A stretch of 63,503 bases of DNA, filler included, from Sphaeroforma arctica JP610 (GCF_001186125.1; 7 parts of one record of this genome joined end to end with filler, not necessarily neighbours in it), one strand, 5' to 3'; counted from the first letter of the whole stretch, positions 39,201 to 53,049 are shown. A program made the numbers and translations. Notes: generated by a model from the letters alone, not told the origin.

Positions 39201-41112
39201 TCATCCGTGATTATGTCTTGAGAAAGACTCCTCAGTTGCGTATGTGTACCTTTTAGACACTTTGGTAAACGTCAAGCGCAACGGGATCTGTGTCTTGTAC
39301 ATACATCGTCTGCACATTCCTCTCTTTGTCATTACTGCGGATAGGCACTGTATAGGGCAGGATAGCCTCATCCAATACGTTGGTAGAAGTGTTGAACGCA
39401 TTGAATCTCAGTGGCCACAGGCGATGGGACAAACTGAATGAACGAGCAAAGTACTAATTAACGGATTGACTACGAAATCGCAGCACATGAGATTGTGCAA
39501 ATGGACATGAAACGTTACGACTGTGAAAACGGAACGTACGCCGTGTCTGTGGTAGAAACTCTCACACCACTGGCACTGCTGCTGCGTAAGGTGCGCGGGT
39601 TTACATCTCTCGTGCTGTATATGTAAGTTTATATGTATCTATAGCCAATTGTAGGTTTATGTGTATGAAATGTATGTTTAATTGCAAGTTTATATGTGCA
39701 TATAGCCAATTGTAAGGTTGTATTTATCTATAGCCAATTGTAAGTTTATATGTATGTAATATATGTTTAATTGCAAGTTTATATGTGTATATAGCCAATT
39801 GTAAGTTTATATGTATCTATAGCCATTTGTCCTACCTACCTTCGAATGCTGTGTCTATAGACCTACCTACCTCCAAGTTCTGTATCTATAGTCTTACCTA
39901 CCTTCAAATGCTTTTTGTATAGAAGACCTACCTACCTTCAAGTGTTATATATATAGTTCTACCTACCTCCAAGTTCTGTATTTATAGTCTTACCTACCTT
40001 CAAATGCTTTATGTATAGACCTACCTACCTTCAAGTGCTGTATCCATAGTCCTAATAACCTTCAAGTGCTATATCTATAGTCCTATCTACCTTCAAGTGC
40101 TGTATCCATAGTCCTACTTACCTTCAAGTGCTGTATCTATAGTCCTACCTATCTTCAAGTGCTGTATCCATAGTCCTACCTACCTTGAAGTGCTGTATCC
40201 ATAGCTCTACCTACCTTCAAGTGCTGTATCCATAGTCCTATCTACCTTGAAGTGCTGTATCTATAGTTCTAACTACCTTCATGTGCTGTATCTATATTTC
40301 TTTAAACACAGGAGGACCTGCTGAGAGCGTTGCGAGAAATCAAGCACAGTGAAGGCCTACAGTACCTGATATTCTGTGTGGTTGATTTGGTGGTGCTGCA
40401 GTCATACATGTTTGCTATATCGGCAGCCGAACAAAGCCTCATCGAACAGGTGAGCATAAGCGATAGTCATGAATGAAAAATGGGGTGAAAACAAACAGAC
40501 ACAGACGACTCAGGTACAAGCGCACAGGCATCACTGCGCTATTCTTCAGTGTGAGGTTGAGTCGAGTGGGTCAGGGTTTAGAGTTTAGGGTTTACCGTAT
40601 ACTTCGGAATCGGTCACACAAATTCTCGCGTGGTGCACTTTGTTTATTGCTTCAACGTTCGGTTCGTATTGCTATTAGTGGTGGTCAGTGTAGTGTTCAC
40701 AGTATGCTATTGTGAGGTTTTAGGGTTTTAAAGGGTTTGTTTGAAGTTGAGTCTTAGGGTTTTCAGGGATTTGAAGCTCATTCTCGCAAGTCTCACACGG
40801 TGTTACCTGTAGAGTTATCTCTGCAGGGTGTGGCTAGCGCGTGCCCAGAGATTGTACAATCATGCTCGCCCTCTGACGTGCATGTGACCCATACCTCATA
40901 CAAACGGTTCACAGTTCCTACAACACGTGGAGGAGACATACACAACTCATTTCGTATTTACGGCATGCTTGCGCCACACACCGCAGGCGTTTGGCCTATC
41001 AGACGTTCGTGATATTGGTGAGGCGTATACACTGACCGCTGTCTCACGCAAGAAGCAGATTGTGCCTGCGCTGGAGAAGGCCATAGCCACCGTCAGAGGT
41101 TCTAGAGTTTAG
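36272..41112 (+). CDS. Family II (Mn-dependent, DHH/DHHA2) inorganic pyrophosphatase-like protein with N-terminal transmembrane anchor; middle exons in a gap
   Basis: Exons ~36272-36380 (start uncertain), 37314-37390, 37706-37859 (SLVLLCGVVCVVCVVSVMTA, TM), 38556-38690 (FVGHRSADVDSVCAAVAMAHLF, DHH motif I), [gap 38833-38932], 39484-39590 (HEIVQMDMKRY...SVVETLTPLALLLRK), 40312-40449 (EDLLRAL...FCVVDLV), 40987-41112 (VSRKKQIVP, family II signature). Confidence 0.8.
37880..38300. repeat. 29-bp intronic tandem repeat
   Basis: Unit AATGCTTACTAGCACATACACAC(C/A)TGTC. Confidence 0.9.
39830..40300. repeat. ~31-bp intronic tandem repeat
   Basis: Unit CCTACCTACCTTCAAGTGCTGTATCTATAGT. Confidence 0.85.
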
Positions 41113-41125
41113 GGTTTTATATCAG

Positions 41126-41251
41126 GCGTTTGGCCTATCAGACGCTCGTGAGATTGGGGAGGTGTATACACTGACCGCTGTCTCGCGCAAGAAGCAGATT
41201 GTGCCTGCGCTGGAGAAGGCCATAGCCCCCGTCAGAGGGGTTAGGGTTTAG
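41126..41251 (+). CDS. Tandem duplicate of the PPase terminal exon (possible alternative last exon)
   Basis: TTTTATATCAG|GCG acceptor; intact frame AFGLSDAREIGEVYTLTAVSRKKQIVPALEKAIAPVRGVRV*. Confidence 0.55.
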   Translation, partial: AFGLSDAREIGEVYTLTAVSRKKQIVPALEKAIAPVRGVRV

Positions 41252-42358
41252 GGTTTAATATCCGTTTAGCGAGTGGCTATGAGCCAGCGAGTGAGTGCGA
41301 TAGGGTTTAAAGTTTGGGGTTTTATATCCGTTAGACGATAGACGATGGGCCAGCGAGTGAATGTAATAGGGTTTTATGGTTTAGGCTTTAGGGTTTTATA
41401 CCCGTTAGATGAGCGACGATGAGCCGGCGAGTGAATGCAATAAGGGTAGCAGATTGCGTGATCATGGAAAGTCTGGCGAGGCTGTGTCAGCAAGGCTTTG
41501 CGCTGAGTTGATGAGCACAGGCAACTGTTCGAACGTAGTTGCCTTGGGTTATCTGTGGCTGTTTTATTATTATTTTAAGTTGAAAAAGCATTCAACTGTG
41601 GTTTGTGATTGGGCTGCTGTCTCATTGGCTGCGCACTTTGATCTATGGCACGAGCAGAAATGAGGTGCTTACACACCGAAATTCAAACCCATGTCTACTC
41701 TTTGATATTGTGTACAACTTTTCACAGAAACGGGACTATAGATACAGCCCTTGTGCACAAAAAGAACCAAACTACCGTCCACCCACAAGTCAAAGTGTAC
41801 ACCAACAGATTAGTAAAGTCCCATATGACCAGTACAGTGCGATGGCCATAAACTTATTCTGTGTTTGCACCGAAATTTGAATGTATTCATGTCTCCCAAG
41901 GTTACTAGCCGAATATTTATTGAAGCAAATTCAGTGTAGATCTGCTTTCCATGCGTCATACTATCAATACTCTGATATCTTTGCATGAACCATTTGAAAC
42001 TCTCATCGGCTCTGTTGTCCACAAAGCCGTCTTGGTCGGTGAGTCATGAAAGTAGAGCATACAGTGTGGCTGGCTATGGTTTCGGTCAATTGGTCCATCA
42101 AGCCCGCCAGCACAAGACCTGCTACTCTCCAGTGACTGGACAGAAGTCCTTCACCTATCTTCACAAGGCGACTTGCTGACTTTGTTTGTTTTTGTTCGCT
42201 GCATTTGCCGGTAGTCTGGGATAGGACTATGAATGTAGTGGGACAAACGTATATATATNNNNNNNNNNNNNNNNNNNNNNNNNNNNNNNNNNNNNNNNNN
42301 NNTTAATTAATTAANNNNNNNNNNNNNNNNNNNNNNNNNNNNNNNNNNNNNNNNNNNN

Positions 42359-42392
<34 letters not shown>

Positions 42393-42902
42393 CATATATC
42401 GAGGCGAAGACAGAGTAGACTTTCGATATGATTGGGGGGCCGCTTAACTGAAGTCGAACAATCTGAAAGGTTATTGAGCGTGCTCTGAGTTGCAACACAT
42501 AGTGTTATGGAAACAACAAAGTCGTAGGGCGAGTGTGTGGCCTTAATAATATGATCAACGATACAATTGTTTGTGAGAGTAGAGGGAAGTCATTCGGACA
42601 AGCAATCTTAAAGCACGATGAGTGTGTAATCCTAAAGGTAAAATTCCAAGTTCCTTGTCAATCACCTAGTGTCAGATTGCATATGTGTGGGCTAGTGTGG
42701 TAATACATACATGTAAATAGTAGTTCAAATTGCACATTCATAGCAGAAATTGGGAAACAATTGTTAAATAACCACCGCTTGATCGACCTTACAATTCGAT
42801 CGCACACTGAATACCTATCATTTCCTAGCAACTCAAATAAACAGGAACATTCCAGCACACCTGAGCTCGCTCCGCACTTTTGGAACAAAGCATACTGACG
42901 GA

Positions 42903-43477
42903 TTGGCATATAAGTGCGAGTGGCCTTCTTGTGGTTTTGCTTGTGCTTTCCCTAGTGCACTACGTGTTCATATACGTGTGCATACAGTGGAACGCCCCTA
43001 CTCTTGCGAATATCATGGTTGTGGAAAGAAGTTTGCAAAAGCCCTCAATCTGACGGTACATATGCGTATTCATACCGGCGAGCGCCCCTACTCTGCGAAT
43101 ATCTTGGTTGCGGAAAGAAGTTTAAAATGAGAAGCCATCTGGAGGAACATATGCGTTTGCATACTGGGGAACGCCACTGCTCTTGTGAATATCCTGGATG
43201 TGGAAAGAAGTTCATTACTGGTAGCGGTCTGAAGTTACATATTCGTGTGCATACTCTGGAACGCCCTTACTCCTGTGAATATCCTGGATGTGAAAAAAGT
43301 TTTCTAGTAGCAGCGGACGCAGGGCACAAAAGTTTACAACTCACTCTGAGGGTACATATGCGTGTGCATACTGGGGAACGCCCTTATGTGTGTGACTTTC
43401 CTGGCTGTGGCAAAGGCTTTACACAGCAGTCTGGTCTGAACTATCATCTGAAATCACATAATGTTAAGTCACTATAA
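42903..43477 (+). pseudogene. Intronless six-finger C2H2 (Kruppel-type) zinc-finger gene, frameshifted
   Basis: C-x4-C...H-x3-H fingers with TGERP linkers. 1-nt deletion at ~43094 (TAC TCT GCG instead of TAC TCT TGC), no ATG (TTG at 42903), finger 5 has a 9-aa insertion. A sequencing error cannot be excluded. Confidence 0.75.
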
Positions 43478-44221
43478 TTTACAGTTTCTTTTTCTTGGCT
43501 TTACATAATACTACGTGAGATATACACCTACAAGTTGGTGCACATGCAGAGCCTGAGATTTCGCCAGAATTGTGAGTATCGGCATTTAAAAGCAATAAAT
43601 GAAACCAAAACATCTAACTGATCAATATGGAAGAATAGTATTTAAATCCATGTATAGAAGAGCTTCATGAACACAGATTCGATGTTCAAGTATAGGACCT
43701 CTACATATGGTCACTCTTTGCGTTGGTGTATAGGAGCTATTCATTACCACCGCACAAGGGCAATACACATCAGTGTACGGACTTCACCTTGTAGTCCAAT
43801 CCCGTGAAAGTATCGTGCAAGATAGAACGTCGCGCCGTTGGGGATGCGAAGGATCGTCGTTCGCACGCTTTCAAAGTGCTTCTAGTGGTGCATAACTCAT
43901 GATTTCTGTAGTCTAGATGGACTTTCTAATTGGTAGAGATCAATCAACACGTGTTGGGGTCGCTAATAATGAAACTGTTTTCTGATGTCGATTTCGAATG
44001 CTTATCATGTCAATCGCTCCCAACATTTGACACGCTCCGATTGCTTTCATGCGTGAAATACGCTTGTTATCAATAATCTTTTGTGTTCGAATGTGATTTT
44101 GAAAAATATTACAATTGTATCAGCTTCCTGTAAGCTAGCAATAAATAGCCAGTTTCCTTCTTATGAAACTTCAGAATATCTACTAAAAGCATCGATTCTC
44201 CGTCTACTTTTGAATAGGAAC

Positions 44222-45110
44222 ATGGATAACAGTAGTGAACCATCTCCACTGCATCGGATCGTAAGAGATCATGATCCGAATCTTTCAAGTTATAGTCCTG
44301 TGAAGCTGGAGCGACTTGCTGACGCGCGTCGTACGCTAAAGAAGGTCGACATCAATTCTAAAGACAAGGTGTTGTAGACACCCTGCCTCCCAAATTACAA
44401 TCACTCGGCATTGTTGTTTCATCACTTGTTGCTTACTTCCTTTTTTGTTTCTTGTAAGCTTGTTTTCCTTTGTATGTGTATTCGATATAAGCTGAGGCTT
44501 TGTCTGTAATCTCTAGGATGGAAACACCGCCCTGCATGTTGCGGCCTATGTCAAGGACTACATGCTCTCTCGATTTCTCCTCGAGAATCGAGCGGATGCT
44601 CGTATTTTAAATGACGTAAGTTGGCTGACTCAGTCACATTTCAACGTTCGCTTTTCCAGTCTCCGAATGCGATGCGATTGGTGACTATTGTTAAAACTGT
44701 AGTGAAACCAGCTCTGACGTCAATCGCACAATTCACAGGCTGGGCTCACACCGTACATGTTATGTATTGCAACGCTTCCTCCGGTTCGTTTTGGCAATTA
44801 CGCCTCGTATGATTCTCACGAACTGACGTTGAATGTCTTCCGCGACGAGGACATACGCACTCGGCATGAGGTATGCATGCTGGTGGCCAATAGATGCGCA
44901 ATAATCTCCAACCCCATACACGCGAGACAAATATGATCAGCTCTTGACATTCCAATTTTGCCTGCTTTGTATGCTAATATTACGCCGTGTGTAACTTCAG
45001 GCTGAATTTAAGAGGCTCGACGCATGCGTTCAAGCAGGGGTTAGGACACTGGTAAGTCAGCAACAAAATGACGAGTCTGCGAGAAATATACTGCCCAAGC
45101 ACATGGCATA
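44222..45110 (+). CDS. Small ankyrin-repeat protein (3' end uncertain)
   Basis: Exons 44222-44368 (SPLHRIV...VDINSKDK), 44517-44615 (DGNTALHVAA...FLLENRADARILND), 44739-44783 (AGLTPYML), 45001-45051 or to TAG at 45110. Confidence 0.7.
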
Positions 45111-46312
45111 GTCCGGGTCAGTCGAAGTGAGGAACATCAAACACTCGAATCATGTATTCACAATATTCGAAAGCGGCACATCTTCGCGATGACGATGCAT
45201 ACAGATCTAATGTTGACGTACCCACGATCGATAAATGATCGACTGGTGTCAGTAAAGCTAAAATTCTCTACAGAAATAACTTGAACTATATTTTAAACTA
45301 TTGAAACCGTGACACTATGATTTTCGGTTTAGGGTTGATACTTAAACAGCATTCCCGTTGGAAGACTCTCAAACGTAATTTAAACAACCAAACAATCGAC
45401 CGTAATAGCTAGCCAGAACCACGAGCGAACTGTAGGGATAAACGCCTACATTAATCACATACCCGTGTATTTAACACAAGCAGGTCTCTGATAACAACGT
45501 TTGGACCACAATGCTGAGCTTTTATGATAGAGTATGGCACACGGTAGCTTGAGACATTACACGGGCACAATTCCCATATTACAAAAAAAAAAGGAAAACT
45601 CTGTGAATTGAACGATCCAGCAGCACGTGACATTCTGAATAGTTCATACAAATTGATTAGCAAGTGCCGCAGCACTATATATATNNNNNNNNNNNNNNNN
45701 NNNNNNNNNNNNNNNNNNNNNNNNNNNNTTAATTAATTAANNNNNNNNNNNNNNNNNNNNNNNNNNNNNNNNNNNNNNNNNNNNTACACACACACACGCA
45801 TATATATATATATACATACATATGTTTGTGTTTGTGTTGTGTTTGTGTTTGTGTTTGTGTTTGTGTTTTGTGTTTGTGTTTGTGTTTTTTATATCTATGA
45901 TGTACAAGGCTATATTATCATATTTGTGGCGATTTATACCAATATTGGATCGACGTGGACTATACTCATATTCTGCAGCGCATCCAATCTCTTCTACATG
46001 ACTATTGATATACGTTGCTCATCTTTTTTATTTATCTTTCACTATTTAATATATTGGTGTGAGCGCGAGTGTGCGTATTTACACATCTGCGACATAAGCT
46101 CTCATATAAATTACCTCACCTTTGCTTTTCTAGACATAGACTTAATGCTCACGTGTATATACCTATATAGATTGCATCGACTCGTACTAGTTCATGCGCA
46201 TTCTAGAATAGACTGTTTTAGGTATATAAATATATATAATATATACATATATATATATATATATACATATCCTCGTGCAAGTCTCAACCAATTCAAGCAC
46301 GGTCTCAAACAG

Positions 46313-49300
46313 GCGAGAGCGAAGCCAATCCACAGCTGGTGGTGCAGTTGGCGCAGGAGGTGTATAATACGGATCTGCTGCTGCTGCTGGTCAACAATTT
46401 GGCTTCATTTGAGTTCGAGGTATGTAGATACATACTTATCACACACACGTGGGCAAGTGTGTGAAGTGTGCGTAAGCATGTCAACGTGTGCTTTCATTTG
46501 AGTTTGAGGTATGTAGGTACATACTTATCACACACATGTGGGCAAGTGTGTGAAGTGTGCGTAAGCATGTCAACGTGTGCATAGAGTACCACCTACGTAT
46601 GTGCGAAGGCAGAGTATCATGGGTGTAGGTATTCTGTACTGGCGTGCGTACATCAGAATCTGTTCTTCACTAAGCTTGGACTTACTGTCTATGTGTGCTG
46701 CGAGTGTACTGCATCTGTTGTGTCAAGCGTAGTGGGCCAATGGTGTGCGCATTTGTGCCATTGCCCGTAAAGGAAGTGATGCACACGCTCTTTGGTGCGT
46801 ACGCATGTATATATATATACATATATATAAATATATATAGGTGTCGCCAACACTTTCTGTACTGTCACGAACCCTTCCGCAGTATTATCACACTCACTAC
46901 CACTCTACTTTATTCTGTGAATAAGGCAGTACACCTCTCTATTCGCACATCAATGGCAGTAAAGGATGCTGTGCTCACACTGCCTAAACTTGGTTTCAAC
47001 TCAACTGTCTAAACTTAGTTTATACCCCACCCATGTCATAGGCGAAGAAGGATGCGGCGCAGATCTTCAACAATCTCTTGCGCAGACAAGTGGGCACGCG
47101 CTTCCCCACAGTCGAATACATCTGCCAACGCGAGGCCATTCTCTTTGTGCTGGTGCAGGGGTACATTACACTAACTCTGTCTATGTATAAGTATATATAT
47201 ACATACATGTGTGTGTGAGTTTGATGTAGGGGTACGTTACACCATCTCTGTCTATGGATAAGTATAATATACATGCATGTGTGTGAGAGTGTGGTGCAGG
47301 GGTACGTTACACCAACTCTGTCTATAGATATGTATGTATATACATACATGTGTGTGAGAGTGTGGTGTAGGGGTACGTTACACCATCTCTGTCTATGTAT
47401 AAGTATGTATATACATGCATGTGTGTGAGAGTGTGGTGCAGGGGTACGTTACACCAACTCTGTCTATGGATATGTATGTATATACATACATGTGTGTGTG
47501 AGTATGGTGTAGGGGTACGTTACACCATCTCTGTCTATGGATAAGTATGTATATACATACATGTGTGTGAGAGTGTGATGTAGGGGTACGTTACACCAAC
47601 TCTGTCTATGTAAAAGTATATATATATATACATGTGTGTCAGAGTGTGGTGCACGAGTACGTTGTACTATCTCTGCCTATGTATAAGTGTATATCCATAT
47701 ATGTGAGTGAGTGAGAATGGGAGTGTGGGGCAGGGGGTACGTTACACCAACTTTGTCTATGGATATGTATGTATATACATACATGTGTGTGAGAGTGTGT
47801 GGCAGGGGGTACGTTGCACCATCTCTGTCAATGTATAAGTATATATACATACATGTGTGTGAGTCAGTAAGTGAGTGTGTGCGGTTGTTTGTATGCCCTT
47901 TTAATGTGTGTATTGCCTGCAGTCGAATACATGTACGAGTGGGTAGGCCTATATGAGGTGAATGGGTAGGACTATGTGGGGTGAGTGCGTGAGGCTGAAC
48001 TGTCCTGTGTGCCAATCTATAAATAGAAATGAAGTCCCAATGATCTATCATATCAATGAGCTGCGCTTGTAAACCCTTAAGATTTTGCTCGTTCGCGGCC
48101 AATGTTGACACAGAGGAGTACCGCACTTCTTGTAGATTAAAAGACTTTCCTATAGAATATCAGACTAAATATTTATTGTGGATTATCGTTTGTGCTGCTT
48201 TTCTCTTTATTTTATTTATTATTGCAAACCTGGATCCCATGTTCTCTGTACTTTACTCAGGCCGATACCTTTGCCGCTTCACGGGCACTAGAGCGAACCG
48301 ACGGACATCACAGATACAAAAGATCAGAAATTTATAACAGTCGTGTGTATGTTGTTCTCATGCCATTGTTTGATGTTGGGCTCATGCCGTTGCTTGGTGT
48401 GCTGTGCTTCTGCAACTCACTCAACAGATACGAAAGTGACCAGAACGACATTGCGCTCAACTGTGGGTTGATGCTGCGCGAATGCATTAAACACGAGGCA
48501 CTCACCAAGATCGTCCTCAACTCATCCCTGCTATTCCAAGTATGTGTGTACATGTTGATAGGTATGTTTTTACNNNNNNNNNNNNNNNNNNNNNNNNNNN
48601 NNNNNNNNNNNNNNNNNNNNNNNNNNNNNNNNNNNNNNNNNNNNNNNNNNNNNNNNNNNNNNNNNNNNNNNNNNNNNNNNNNNNNNNNNNNNNNNNNNNN
48701 NNNNNNNNNNNNNNNNNNNNNNNNNNNNNNNNNNNNNNNNNNNNNNNNNNNNNNNNNNNNNNNNNNNNNNNNNNNNNNNNNNNNNNNNNNNNNNNNNNNN
48801 NNNNNNNNNNNNNNNNNNNNNNNNNNNNNNNNNNNNNNNNNNNNNNNNNNNNNNNNNNNNNNNNNNNNNNNNNNNNNNNNNNNNNNNNNNNNNNNNNNNN
48901 NNNNNNNNNNNNNNNNNNNNNNNNNNNNNNNNNNNNNNNNNNNNNNNNNNNNNNNNNNNNNNNNNNNNNNNNNNNNNNNNNNNNNNNNNNNNNNTGTTGA
49001 TAAGTATGTTTGTACATGTTGATAGGTAAGTTTGTGGATGTTGATAAGTATGTTTGTACATGTTGATAAGTATGTTTTTACATGTTGAAAAGTATGTTTG
49101 TACATGCTGATAAGTATGTTTGTAGATGTTGATAAGTATGTCTGTACGTGTTGATAAGTATGTGTGTGTATTGGCCATCCTCAAATCGACTCTGCTATTC
49201 CAAGTATGTTTCTATATGTTGATAGATAGGTGTGTATGTCTTTTGGGGGGTGATGATCATTCGCACTTTATCACTGCTACTGCACGCATGCTTCAATATA

Positions 49301-50454
49301 CACAATTGGTATACGTCGACTAGACATACTCGCGTGCATGTAACTTAAGTGTGGCGATGGTATATATTGTTATGTGCGTGTGGGTGTGGTTGTTGAATGC
49401 GCAGTATTGCGTCGTTAGGCCACCCGTATAAGTTGTGTACCCAATTCCAATTTATTTCAGCTAAAATCCCTGGTGTTCGAAAATGGGTATGGTGCTGTTT
49501 CGGTTTTATTGTACCATACCAATCATGACTATCCTTAGGCTGCTAATTCAAAGGCAAATGTGCGGAACTTTATTGTGTGTGCTCGTGACCCGCCTGTGTA
49601 CTTCTGTGAATGTACTACCGCATATGTGTGTACGGTAACCGCTGCTTTGCTTCCTGTGGCTGTGATCCGGATAAGCAGTATCGTGCGCATGGGATTGTGC
49701 GGCATGGCCTATAGCGAATGCTGCCATGACAGTTGTATGTGGGGGTGGATAAGTGGGCAACTATGGCTCCTGGGCGTTTATTGGTTGACAGATCCAATAC
49801 CCCATGGGCAGTTGTGTATGTTTGTCCTTGCGTGCTTGTGTACGTCTCATTTGCACTGCTGTCCGTGTGCGAGGCATTCCCCCATGTCTTGGCACATGTG
49901 TAGTTGTGCTTGTGATTTGCACATGTGTAGTTGTGCTCGTGATTTGCACATGTGTAGTTGTGCTTGTGATTTGCACATGTGTAGTTGTGCTCGTGATTTT
50001 GATGTCCTCCTACGTACTGTAGCATGTATTTCCCCCGTGCACCCAATCTCGGCTCATCCACTCTCGCACACGCCAACCGGTTTATTAATCCCTGCTCAAA
50101 TACGCGGCGTCTGGGCCTCTGTTTCCATCAACGTAGACATGCGATACACATTCTCGTACGCACTCTCATAACCATGTGATGTGTATTTGCATGTATGCTT
50201 GTGCTTACCCCTCTCATAACCATGTGATGTGTATTTGCATGTGTATTTTCATATGTGCTTGTGCTTATCCCGTTCATCCTCATCTGCCACAGTTCTTCAC
50301 GTATGTCGAGCTGCCCACGTTCGATGTTGCTGCAGATGCGTTTGCGACATTTAAGGAACTCATTACGCGGCACAAGGTGGTGGTGGCAGAGGTGCTTGAG
50401 GCTAAATACGAGGAGGTATGCATGCGCACACTTTCTGTATATATGTATAGGTAT

Positions 50455-50519
<65 letters not shown>

Positions 50520-50526
50520 CATGTAT

Positions 50527-50564
<38 letters not shown>

Positions 50565-50614
50565 TGTATATGTGTATATGTAGATGTATATGTATATGTA
50601 TATGTATATGCATA

Positions 50615-50660
<46 letters not shown>

Positions 50661-52646
50661 ATATATATGTATATATATATATAAATGTATGTATGTATGT
50701 ATGTAGATATGTATGCATATATGTATAAATGTGTATATATTCATGTCTGTCAGTATGTCCGTATGTATGTGTCTATTTATGTATGATATATATATATATA
50801 TATGCGTGTGTAGGTGTGTGTGTGTATATACATACATATACATATATATATGTATGTATATATATATACATATATCTTTGTATATTGCATAATATATATA
50901 TATATTGTATTTATTTATTATTGAATTTATATAGCGCTTATAGCCATCTGCACCCTTTGCATATTTGTTGGTATTCGGTGCTAAATGTTCCTGTCCTCAT
51001 TCTTAGGACTTACAGCCATCTATCTTCACATATATATTAAAATTCCGTCCTCAACGCCCCCTGTCTACTTTTATTGTAGTTCTTCAAACACTACGACAAT
51101 CTGCTGGACTCCAGCAATTACGTCACCAGGCGCCAGTCGTTAAAGGTATGTTGCACGCACGTGCACCGAGTATGGACTGTGACTCTTACACGAGCAAGCT
51201 TGTATTGTATGGCTTGGTATCCACTTTGTCTGATATGTTTGCGCTGTTTATAGTGAATCGCTATTCTTTGCATTCGGGGGCTCGCCGCTAAGGTGACGGC
51301 GTGGGTTGGAATCAGTTGCTTTCTCGTAGCATCTGCCTGTGTGTAGACTTACTACTACAAATGCTCTGTGGCCCTTATCTCGTACATACCTCCGTGCCTG
51401 TTCCACGTCAGCTATGTCACAAGGAAACAACCCAGAGAACGACTACACGTACAAATACTGCCGCGTGTATCAATCTATAGGCGCGAGTTTATGGGCATAA
51501 ATATACGCCTGCTCATATGTACACACATATATGTCTGTATACATGGACATAAGCGTATAGCTCTGCTTGACCATTTCTGACACCACCCGCACCATTCGCA
51601 GCTTCTGGGCGAGATTCTGTTGGATCGGGCCAACTTCAACATAATGACTAGATATATCTGCGGACCGGAGAATCTGAAGCGCATGATGAACTTGCTCAGA
51701 AGCAAAAGCAGGAACATCCAATTCGAAGCCTTCCATGTGTTCAAGGTACGATACCGTGCTTTAGGTGCGTATACAGGTCTGCATGTGCCGTACGAATATA
51801 GATCACATTTGTTGTATGCCTAAACCTGGGAATCTCGCGAATCTGAGCCTGCTTCATGTTCACTGCATGTATTTGCTATGTTACGAATATAGAACACATC
51901 GGCCGTGAATTCGTGCTGAAGCTGGCTCATAGTTCATGGGCGCACGCCTGTCTGTACCAATTGTGTCGGACATGGCGTGTGTATATACTCGGTGGATGCT
52001 GTGGTTCGATTCATCCTTGAAAAGTCCTGTTAGGGGCCTGTTCATGCTTTTACCCTACCGTGCATATTCACCTCTACTTCATTTCAATTCTTCTCACTAT
52101 CTTTACCTGTACTTTACTTTTTTCTTCTTCTCAGGTGTTTGTTGCCAATCCAAATAAGCCCGAGCCTATCCTCAACATTTTGCTGAAGAACAAGGAGAAA
52201 CTGGTCGATTTCTTGAACAAGTTTCACAACGATCGCACGGGTATGCACATATGTTTGAATGTGTGTATGGGTGTGTATTAGGTGGTAATATTGAGTGTTT
52301 AGGTGTATATACGGGAATTGGAGATGTATGCGAGGGTGCTGAAGAGTGCGTATGTGCATTAACAGTATATGTATGACTGATTGCAAGTATGTGCAGGAGT
52401 ATATTGGGTGTAAATGTATATTGTATGTATATACGGTTTTCACATATAGTTAACATATCGATATACAAAACATGACCAATCACGTGCCCTATCTAATCTT
52501 CGTTTACTAACCCACTGTATATACTCGCAGATGATGAACAATTCAACGACGAGAAGGCCTATCTTATGAAACAGATCCAAAATTTACATCCGGCGTCGGC
52601 GTCTAATGCCGCCAATCCTGGTGGCAGCAGTCCTCAGCCCGTATAA
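46313..52646 (+). CDS. CAB39: MO25/calcium-binding protein 39 (STE20-kinase scaffold); 5' exon(s) probably in the gap at ~45686-45783
   Basis: Exons 46313-46419 (QLAQEVY...FEFE), 47042-47160 ([20 protein letters not shown]), 48428-48539 ([16 protein letters not shown]), 50293-50415 ([19 protein letters not shown]), 51080-51145 ([11 protein letters not shown]), 51602-51745 ([11 protein letters not shown]...[11 protein letters not shown]), 52135-52240 (VFVANPNK), 52531-52646 ([11 protein letters not shown]...*). Confidence 0.96.
47155..47860. repeat. ~65-bp intronic tandem repeat seeded at the donor of a CAB39 exon
   Basis: GTG(C/T)AGGGGTACGTTACACCA recurs about every 65 bp; the first copy is the true exon end. 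Confidence 0.85.
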
Positions 52647-53049
52647 AGTCCTAATTTTCAACTAATACTATTGGATCAAATGTCCCAATTTCTTTTACTA
52701 CTCGGGTCAAAAACCAAGTTTTTTGGGCACTTTTTAAATCTGCTTTGCATCAGAAGTGTGTACCTCCGTCCGTGACATACGCAGATGTTTCTGTAGGAAT
52801 CTCGCGTGTGGGCGGCACTCAATAGAAATTGCATTGTTCGTGTGGAAGCGATGATCTATCTTGTAGGTACCCTTGTTTAACAGATTTTGAAAGCAAAGAG
52901 TATCCGTAGCCAACTCTGAGGAGCATATTAAATATCTGGTGGATTTTGACGTAGTAAGCAACCCACACAAGGTCGCAAAACATACTTGCGCACAGATGTT
53001 CGGTCAAGAATGGTCTCCTGTCGTTTAAGCTTTAAAGAGGGTTACACGT

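Noticed and set aside
41409..42240. Short coding-like frames between the PPase gene and the gap
   Set aside because: No recognisable motif or consistent exon chain.
48570..48994. ORFs spanning the long N run
   Set aside because: Artefacts of translating Ns.
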